Assembly: GCA_944325565.1 (NCBI GenBank)
Contig: CALVAT010000001.1
Coordinates: 1-62,839, forward strand
From: Candidatus Gastranaerophilales bacterium
GTDB lineage: Bacteria; Cyanobacteriota; Vampirovibrionia; Gastranaerophilales; Gastranaerophilaceae
Length of the DNA stretch: 62,839 nt
Direction of reading: 5' to 3'
Shown: positions 46,822 through 53,354 of the stretch, piece after piece
Layout of the letters: every line of letters starts with the position of its first letter
Numbering within the stretch: the first letter of the stretch is position 1
Made by a program: the position numbers and the translations under genes
Notes under the pieces: model-generated
Seen by the model: only the letters and a program-made list of their open reading frames with translations
Database searches by the model: none
What the model was told of the DNA's origin: nothing

Positions 46822-47259
46822 TTATTTATTTAAAACAAAGGTAACAGGACCGTCATTAACGAGCGAAACATCCATCATAGCAGCAAATACTCCTGTTTTA
46901 ACAGACAGATTCATCATTTTTAATTTTTCAACAAATTTTTCATACATCATTTTTGCGGTATCAGGTTTTTCTGCATTATCAAACCCTGGACGGGTACCTT
47001 TTTTACAGTCAGCAGCCAGCGTAAATTGAGATACCACAAGTATTTCACCGCCAATATCAACTATTGATCTGTTCATTTTGCCTTCAGCATCCTCAAAAAA
47101 TCTTAAAGCAGCTACCTTAGAGGCAAACCAGTCAAGTTTATCCTCTGTATCACCTTTTTCTACACAAAAAAGTATAAGCATGCCCGCACTTATTGACGAA
47201 TAAATTTGATTATCTATAGTTACAGAAGCATTCTTAACCCTTTGAATAACAGCTTTCAT
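46822..47259 (-). CDS. dtd: D-aminoacyl-tRNA deacylase
   Basis: MKAVIQRV..ASV...... and SQFTL.AD..KG.RP.F. ATG 47259 lies just after the stop of the upstream maf-like gene. Confidence 0.9.
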   Translation of the reverse strand: MKAVIQRVKNASVTIDNQIYSSISAGMLILFCVEKGDTEDKLDWFASKVAALRFFEDAEGKMNRSIVDIGGEILVVSQFTLAADCKKGTRPGFDNAEKPDTAKMMYEKFVEKLKMMNLSVKTGVFAAMMDVSLVNDGPVTFVLNK

Positions 47260-47261
47260 CG

Positions 47262-49208
47262 TTATTTTTCCAATTCCTTCAATACATTTTCTAGTTCTTT
47301 TAGCGCAGTTCTCAAGTTTAACACACAAGAACGAAAATAGCCATAATAAGCCTGCGCTAATTCTTTAATAACAGCTAAATCATCAAACACAGGATGTTCT
47401 CTGGTTAAATAAGCAACCTCATTATATTCTTTAACTGTTAACATTTTTATAATTCTATATTTAAGCAAATAATCATTAATAATATGAGCATACACAGCAG
47501 CTAATTTATCCAACATTTTTTGAGCCACCGAAATATCCGGACACTCCTTTTCATAAACAGATAAAAGCTTTTCAGCAGAGACACATGCCGGCTCAGCAAT
47601 TTTTAAGACCGTGTTAATAACATCAATATCTTTTGTAATATTTTTTCTTATCTTATTTAAGTCATAATGCCCTAGATTTTTAATATTATAAAAATTATCC
47701 ATAGCTGCAGATTTATTAAAATCAACAGACACATACTTATTTATAGCTTCATCCAATGGCATGGTATCAAACCCCTGTATTAAGGCTCCGCCAATTGATG
47801 AATTAATAAGAGTTCTGACATCATTATATCTTGCAGAAAAGCCCTGTAAATAGTCTATAAAAAGAGAATAAACAGAGTCAGTTGGCAAAAGATTGCCAGT
47901 TTGCCCCTTTACAGTAACCAGTTTATCGTTAAGATATTTCAACCGAAATTTCACGGCTTTGTTTTTCTTTTCGTCATCCCAATCCACAGAGGCACAGTAC
48001 GCATTTTTAAATTTATCAAAATCCTTTACTACGATTTTAAATTTTTGTTCAGTTTCATCAAAAACACACTCCAAATCCTCAAATTTGGAGCCTTTTGAAT
48101 AACAGGCTCCATCACTGTATGCCAGATCCTGCCCCAGAAGAATAATAGGATTACATCCCAGATAATATGCGCAATACAAGGCATGATAAGCAACTGTCCC
48201 CTTGGTTTCAAAATCAATAAATGGAGCCTCAGCTTTTTCTAAGAACCATCTTGCATCATCGTTTTCTAGCGAAGACGTTATAAACTTTTCTTTAAAATCA
48301 ACATCAAGGTATGAAGGCTCGCTAAACTGCTCGCATATAAACGCAATATCTCTTGCAAACGGCAAATTATAATGATGCGAAGTATTGATTCTTTCAATTG
48401 CATTTACAAAATCAGGAGTAATCCCGTTCTTATAAAGAGTTGAAAGTGCCGTACCAACACAAAAAATAGCAGCCTTATCCTGATATTCTTTTAAAATACT
48501 TATATTTTTACTCAAAGACGGGCCAGCTGATGTTATAACAGCAGGTACATCCTTTAAGGCATCCTTATAATCGCTAAGTCTTTTCAGCCTGTATTTTTCT
48601 CCCAGTCTTTTTAATGTTGAGAAGAAGAAATCTCTTGTATTATTAACCTGAAAAGTATAGTTATGTTCAACGAGCACAAGTTCGCGTTTTAGCAGTTCTG
48701 AAATTTCATAAAAATCATGCCCGTGGTTTTTATGATAATCAAGATAAGAAAAAGTAGCATTCGATTTAAAACGAAACAACTCATACAACAAATTTTTCAA
48801 CTCAAGTGCATCAGTGGCAAAAAATAGCCTTCCGGTCTTGAAATTTTCAGAGAAGTCAACAGCAGAAAGCACGAAAGCCAGTGTCTGCAAATCCGGCTCA
48901 TATACTATAATCCTTCCCTTTAAAGACTGCACAAATTCATCAGCAAGATACCCGAGCCCGAGGCCGTATATTATGTGCAATGTCCCGTAATCATTATGAG
49001 AAACAGAGGAGGCAATATTCTTGGCTTCTTCAATGGCGCCTGTTATAGAATGTAGCGGAATACCATCAATCACCAGATTGTATTCACCGGCAAGATTTGT
49101 GTCTATTGCAATATTTTTATCTATCTCTTTAATAGACAATAACTTATCTGCAAGAGTTTTATTTTTTTTAGCTATATAACTGCAATTAATATGCAAAATG
49201 TCTGACAT
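47262..49208 (-). CDS. Motility-associated factor (Maf) family protein, DUF115/MptE-like glycosyltransferase
   Basis: Central PAVITSAGPSL....L......A.F.VGTAL block typical of Campylobacter/Helicobacter Maf proteins. Confidence 0.65.
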   Translation of the reverse strand: MSDILHINCSYIAKKNKTLADKLLSIKEIDKNIAIDTNLAGEYNLVIDGIPLHSITGAIEEAKNIASSVSHNDYGTLHIIYGLGLGYLADEFVQSLKGRIIVYEPDLQTLAFVLSAVDFSENFKTGRLFFATDALELKNLLYELFRFKSNATFSYLDYHKNHGHDFYEISELLKRELVLVEHNYTFQVNNTRDFFFSTLKRLGEKYRLKRLSDYKDALKDVPAVITSAGPSLSKNISILKEYQDKAAIFCVGTALSTLYKNGITPDFVNAIERINTSHHYNLPFARDIAFICEQFSEPSYLDVDFKEKFITSSLENDDARWFLEKAEAPFIDFETKGTVAYHALYCAYYLGCNPIILLGQDLAYSDGACYSKGSKFEDLECVFDETEQKFKIVVKDFDKFKNAYCASVDWDDEKKNKAVKFRLKYLNDKLVTVKGQTGNLLPTDSVYSLFIDYLQGFSARYNDVRTLINSSIGGALIQGFDTMPLDEAINKYVSVDFNKSAAMDNFYNIKNLGHYDLNKIRKNITKDIDVINTVLKIAEPACVSAEKLLSVYEKECPDISVAQKMLDKLAAVYAHIINDYLLKYRIIKMLTVKEYNEVAYLTREHPVFDDLAVIKELAQAYYGYFRSCVLNLRTALKELENVLKELEK

Positions 49209-49383
49209 ACAAACCTTCTCCTCCGGTTATTATTTTCAATTATATCAAAATCATTTGAGGTAATATCCTAAACTGACCACATGGTCTAAAAAATTAAATC
49301 GTACGGTCAATAACTTTTAATAATAAAATCCATAAAATAAAAGTAAGGGAAATAGAAATTAATAAACTTACGGGGAAGAGATA

Positions 49384-50166
49384 TTGGGGATAAAATATAA
49401 AAGTGTTGCGCAAGGACTAGATGCCTTTGTTATAAAACCGGTGAACTTAGAAAGAACAGAAGCCTACAAAGCATTTGTAAAAGCGGATGCACTAAGGTTG
49501 TCTAACCACTTTAGAGAATCAATAAAGCACTATCTCTCTGCATTGATGATGGATAGAAATAACTATCGTGTATACAAGGGGCTTGGTATCTCTTATAAAG
49601 CTGAAAAAGAATACGATAAAGCAATAAAATACCTTGAGCAAGCAAGAACAATGTCTTACTTTTCTGCTGACATACACTATGAGCTTGGACTTTGTTATAT
49701 GCTTACAGGAAGATTTTGCGAAGCAATAAGATGTTTTCACCACACAATTTCACTTGACAGAAACAATATCAACGCACAGGTTCAACTCGGTGTTGCCCAT
49801 GAAGGTATAGAAGAATTCGATATGGCCATTTTAATCTACCATACGATTATAGAGAACAACCCTTCGTTTCTCAGTGCATACAACCACCTGTCAGCACTGT
49901 ATATGAGTATTGGTGACTTTAAAGCAGCAGGAAATGTCTTTTCACAGCTGCTAAAAATCAACCCGTCATTTAGCAAAGCATATCTCGGATTGGCAATATG
50001 TTTTGATAAAATGTCACATAAAACACGGGCCTTGCACTATTATAAAATGTTTCTGGACAAAAAGCCCCACTCGCATCATAGCGAAAAAATCAAAATGAGA
50101 ATAGAAAAACTAACCCGTCAAAAATCTCAGGATAATACAAGAAACTTTGCAGTCGTTAATGACTAA
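49384..50166 (+). CDS. TPR repeat protein
   Basis: Several 34-aa TPR units (YKGLGISYKAEKEYDKAIKYLEQA etc.). TTG start. Confidence 0.65.
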   Translation: MGIKYKSVAQGLDAFVIKPVNLERTEAYKAFVKADALRLSNHFRESIKHYLSALMMDRNNYRVYKGLGISYKAEKEYDKAIKYLEQARTMSYFSADIHYELGLCYMLTGRFCEAIRCFHHTISLDRNNINAQVQLGVAHEGIEEFDMAILIYHTIIENNPSFLSAYNHLSALYMSIGDFKAAGNVFSQLLKINPSFSKAYLGLAICFDKMSHKTRALHYYKMFLDKKPHSHHSEKIKMRIEKLTRQKSQDNTRNFAVVND

Positions 50167-51320
50167 TCGTCCAGTTCTTCTGACGAATTAAGCCCAATAC
50201 TGTCAAAGAATTTTTTGTTATTTTCTTCTATCAATTTCTGGTCGACTTCTTTTTTCTTGTTGTACAGTGACTCTATTGCATCATTACAATCTTTTAAATA
50301 TCTATCAAGAGCATCGCAATCAAAGCCAATCCCCTTATTTACGTATTCTGTATTATAGTACTGTGTAAGTTTAGCAACTTCATTTCTTGCATTATTTTCA
50401 CAATCTTTAGTCAAACTCACATAAGTATTTTCAATTTCCTTCACAGATGGATTATTCGCTTTATTTTTGTTGTAAGTATCTATAAAATTACTTACCTTTG
50501 GCTTTTCAATATTATATTTTTCAATGTCATTAACTATTGTTTCTGCAGACTGCTGTAGGTGCTCGATTTTAGTAAGCGTCTTCATCATTGATTGTGTCGG
50601 ATGCTGAAGCTCTTTAGTAACTTCCTTAAAACTACGCAGCATCATGAAAGTTTCAGGCAAAGGGATTAGCAAAGCATAAGCAGCAGCTTTATAACGATTT
50701 TCATTAATCTTTTGAAGCTTTTCTTTTAATGGGGAATCTGAATTTTTCAATGTCTTATTACTGTTATATAGCTCAATACTTGCCTGAGTTTCTTTATATT
50801 TATCGTAGAGAGGTTTTATCTTATTCAATTCAGGGTTCTTTTGAAAAAGTATATTTTCTGTTTTTTTCAGAGCTTCTTGCATATCTTTTGAGCTGTAACT
50901 TTCATCTTGCAAAATCAGTTTTAAATTAGCATATTTAGCCAAGTTTCGCTTATACTCATCATAAGAGGTAACATAAGGTTTATATAATTCTACCTCCGGC
51001 ATACCTGACAAATCAGCCAAATCGGCTTTTTTAGAAATAAAATTCAGCTCCTGCTCAGAAATTTTATTTATCAATGCACCGGCATCATTATTAATATCAA
51101 TAAGCGACTGATAAACCCCTTTGCTGTCATCAATAAAGGGTAGAATCTGTTTATTCAAAGTTTCATTAAGATTATTGTAGGCATCATGTAGAAAACTCCC
51201 GCTAAAACTCACAGTATCTTTTTGCAAAGAATGATTTCTAACAGGGATTGAAACATTGTTAATAGGAGAATTGGTGTTTCTTTTTTGCAGAAACGGAGCA
51301 GATAATGGCAAAATTTTCAT
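50163..51320 (-). CDS. Hypothetical helical/coiled-coil protein
   Basis: 385-aa ORF, K/E/N-rich, no motif recognised. It ends 8 nt... it starts 8 nt downstream of the rlmN stop on the same strand. Confidence 0.55.
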   Translation of the reverse strand: MKILPLSAPFLQKRNTNSPINNVSIPVRNHSLQKDTVSFSGSFLHDAYNNLNETLNKQILPFIDDSKGVYQSLIDINNDAGALINKISEQELNFISKKADLADLSGMPEVELYKPYVTSYDEYKRNLAKYANLKLILQDESYSSKDMQEALKKTENILFQKNPELNKIKPLYDKYKETQASIELYNSNKTLKNSDSPLKEKLQKINENRYKAAAYALLIPLPETFMMLRSFKEVTKELQHPTQSMMKTLTKIEHLQQSAETIVNDIEKYNIEKPKVSNFIDTYNKNKANNPSVKEIENTYVSLTKDCENNARNEVAKLTQYYNTEYVNKGIGFDCDALDRYLKDCNDAIESLYNKKKEVDQKLIEENNKKFFDSIGLNSSEELDD

Positions 51321-51327
51321 AAAAAAC

Positions 51328-52356
51328 TCATTTCTTCATTTTGTTACTTAATTGTCCGCAGGCCGCATCTATATCAGACCCTCGTTCCAACCTTATTGTA
51401 ACCTTTTTGCCAGATTGTTCCAAGATATATTTAAATTTTTGTATAGATTCTTTACTGGGTTTTTCAAAGTCATCTTTATCATTTGGATTGTAGATAATAA
51501 GATTTATATTTGCCTTTAAGCCTATTAAAAGCACAGCAAGCTTTTTAGCACAATCAACAGTGTCATTGAACCCCTTTATAAGAGTATATTCAATAGTCAC
51601 TCTTCTGCCGGTTTCTCCGACGTAATCTCTAAGAGTTTGTAAAAGAGCATCAATAGGATATTTATTCTCAATCGGCATAAGAGATGCCCTTAGCTCGTGC
51701 ACCGGTGCGTGCAAAGACACAGCAAGAGTAGGCTGAAAATCGATTTCAGCAAGCTTCTTAATCTGAGGAATAATCCCGCATGTCGAAACAGTCAAACGTC
51801 TAATCCCAATAACAAAATCCGTGTTAAAGATATCTATAGCTTTTAACACATTATCTAGATTTAAGAGAGGCTCGCCCTGTCCCATAAAAACAATATTTGT
51901 TACATTCAAACCGGTATCGCGTTGAATAGTTAAAACCTGCTCAATAATTTCACGTGGAGTAAGATTTCTTATAAACCCCAGTTTTGCAGTAGCGCAGAAT
52001 TTGCAGTTGCAGGCACATCCAACCTGTGAACTAACACAAGCAGTAAGATTAGCGCGATTATCAAAACGCATTAATACGGTTTCAACACAGTTGCCGTCTG
52101 CATATTCCAGCAAATATTTGATAGTTCCGTCTTTGCTGACCTGTTTATGTTTAATCTTTACATCAGTAATTTGAGCAATCTCACTGATTTTTTCTCTTGT
52201 TTTTTTAGAGATATCAGTCATCTCATCGAACGACGCAACCGATTTGAGATAAATCCAGTTGTGCAGCTGTTTAGCTCTATACTTAGACTCACCTATTGAG
52301 TCAGTAAAAGCCGTCAATTCGTCCAAATTCATTCCTGATAATATTTGCTTGTCCAT
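51328..52356 (-). CDS. rlmN: 23S rRNA/tRNA adenine-C2 methyltransferase RlmN (radical SAM)
   Basis: YRAKQ...W, CVSSQVGCACNCKFCAT, MGQGEPL, and GSDIDAACGQL at the C-terminus. Confidence 0.95.
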   Translation of the reverse strand: MDKQILSGMNLDELTAFTDSIGESKYRAKQLHNWIYLKSVASFDEMTDISKKTREKISEIAQITDVKIKHKQVSKDGTIKYLLEYADGNCVETVLMRFDNRANLTACVSSQVGCACNCKFCATAKLGFIRNLTPREIIEQVLTIQRDTGLNVTNIVFMGQGEPLLNLDNVLKAIDIFNTDFVIGIRRLTVSTCGIIPQIKKLAEIDFQPTLAVSLHAPVHELRASLMPIENKYPIDALLQTLRDYVGETGRRVTIEYTLIKGFNDTVDCAKKLAVLLIGLKANINLIIYNPNDKDDFEKPSKESIQKFKYILEQSGKKVTIRLERGSDIDAACGQLSNKMKK

Positions 52357-52572
52357 AATTTTAATTTTTGCACAAAATATACGCAGCGCAAACGATATGA
52401 TGTTTTAGAACTAAAAAAATTGTAACAATTTCTTAAAATTTTCCCAATTAATGTTTAAAATTTTGAAAATTGGGAATTATTAATTTAGATGGTTAGTTAA
52501 ACACGGGAACGTTAATTATGAAAAAGCGCAAAAATCCTAAAAAAAGCATATATAACAGCATTTCAGCTACTA

Positions 52573-52585
52573 CCCCCCCCCCCCC
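52573..52585. repeat. C13 homopolymer tract (G13 on minus strand)
   Basis: Counted directly: tac + 13 c + gaagg. This is striking in an AT-rich genome. Confidence 0.95.
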
Positions 52586-52691
52586 GAAGGCTGTAATTCA
52601 ATAATATCAAGGGTTTTACCCACTATAAATTTTGATAAAAATTTACCTTCGGATACTGATGCACCTTTGCCTCAATCTGAGTCCTATCCGC

Positions 52692-52950
52692 GTCATCCTG
52701 AGGCAACTACACGTCATTCTGAGACGCAAGGCGAAGAATCTAAACCTTCACGTCATTCTGAGCGTAGCGAAGAATCTACTTGTAACAAAGAGATTCTTCA
52801 GTCACATTCGTTCCTTCAGAATGACGATTTAACGTGTCATCCTGAGTCCACCACGCGTCATTCTGAGGCGCAAGCCGAAGAATCTGTTGTAAACAGAGAG
52901 ATTCTTCAGTCACATTCGTTCCTTCAGAATGACAATTTGACGCGTCATCC
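52692..52950. repeat. Array of palindromic repeat units (CGTCATTCTGAG..GAAGAATCT..AGATTCTTC..TTCAGAATGACG)
   Basis: Full 76-nt hairpin units at 52751-52826 and 52856-52931 (105-nt period, a 35-nt block identical). Half unit at 52712-52741. GTCATCCTG variants at 52692, 52836 and 52942. Confidence 0.85.
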
Positions 52951-52959
52951 TGGCGGATT

Positions 52960-53006
52960 TCCACTCTGCCGAGAAAATGTGACTAAATGTCACATTTTTG
53001 AGAGGT
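52960..53006 (+). repeat. Hairpin element copy A: CACTCTGCCGAGAAAATGTGAC-TAAAT-GTCACATTTTTGAGAGGTGG
   Basis: 10-bp stem 52972-52981/52987-52996. Flanks match copy B, and core plus 3' flank match copy C. Confidence 0.8.
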
Positions 53007-53290
53007 GGCGCCGTGTGAACGAAAGTGAACCCAGCCAGGGGAGCGAGCAGATTGAGCATACTAAGACAGAATGTCTTTATGCGAAACTCTGTGAGCGTGA
53101 AGGAAATCCAAGACAACTTGTTTCAGGATCTTACCAGCCTAGTGATTCCACACCCGACTGGTCAGATTCTGAACACACCCGATTATAGCAAACCGCAAAG
53201 ATGAGCGCTTCAGAATGACAACTACTCGTCATTTTGTGAACTTCCACAGAATGGCGGTAATGTTGAGCAGGCATATCCAGTCTGCTCAAC
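53007..53290. other. GC-enriched non-coding core; candidate structured ncRNA (strand unresolved)
   Basis: Locally >50% GC by hand count over 53001-53060, versus AT-rich surroundings. It has 9-nt direct repeats CACACCCGA (53147, 53172), a 9-bp stem hairpin at 53260-53288, and a minus-strand TGCTATAAT at 53188-53180. It matches no RNA family I can recognise. Confidence 0.3.
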
Positions 53291-53354
53291 ACTATCTCAA
53301 TAAAAAATTGAAACCACAATTCCCTTGTGAAATAATATCATCAGGGATAAAATT

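Noticed and set aside
52972-52996. CRP/FNR-like site: copy A of the hairpin reads AAATGTGA-CTAAATG-TCACATTT, and a class III adenylate cyclase is encoded at 38371
   Set aside because: The half-site spacing is 7 nt, not the 6 nt of TGTGA-N6-TCACA. The TGTGA/TCACA bases are exactly the positions that change (with compensation) in copies B and C. That fits a folded nucleic acid better than a CRP operator.
52998-53013. T-box-like string GAGAGGTGGCGCCGTG (compare AGGGTGGTACCGCG)
   Set aside because: Only ~9/12 positions match. It is not conserved in the other two element copies. No specifier-loop architecture or downstream aminoacyl-tRNA synthetase gene is present.
53020-53050. Resemblance of AGTGAACCCAGCCAGGGGAGCGAGCAG to the SRP RNA helix-8 motif or to the cobalamin-riboswitch B12 box region
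   Set aside because: Motif order and spacing do not fit either family. No GNRA tetraloop context or GCCACTG box was found. I leave it as an unclassified GC-rich segment.
52667-53188. 173-aa ORF (TTG start) with RHSE.../ILQSHSFLQND repeats, plus overlapping ORFs 52632-52832(+), 52776-52964(-), 52910-53116(-) and 53131-53319(-)
   Set aside because: The open frames on both strands are a by-product of the GC-rich palindromic DNA repeats. The repeated peptide follows the DNA hairpin symmetry. There is no RBS and the start is TTG. I treat it as non-coding.
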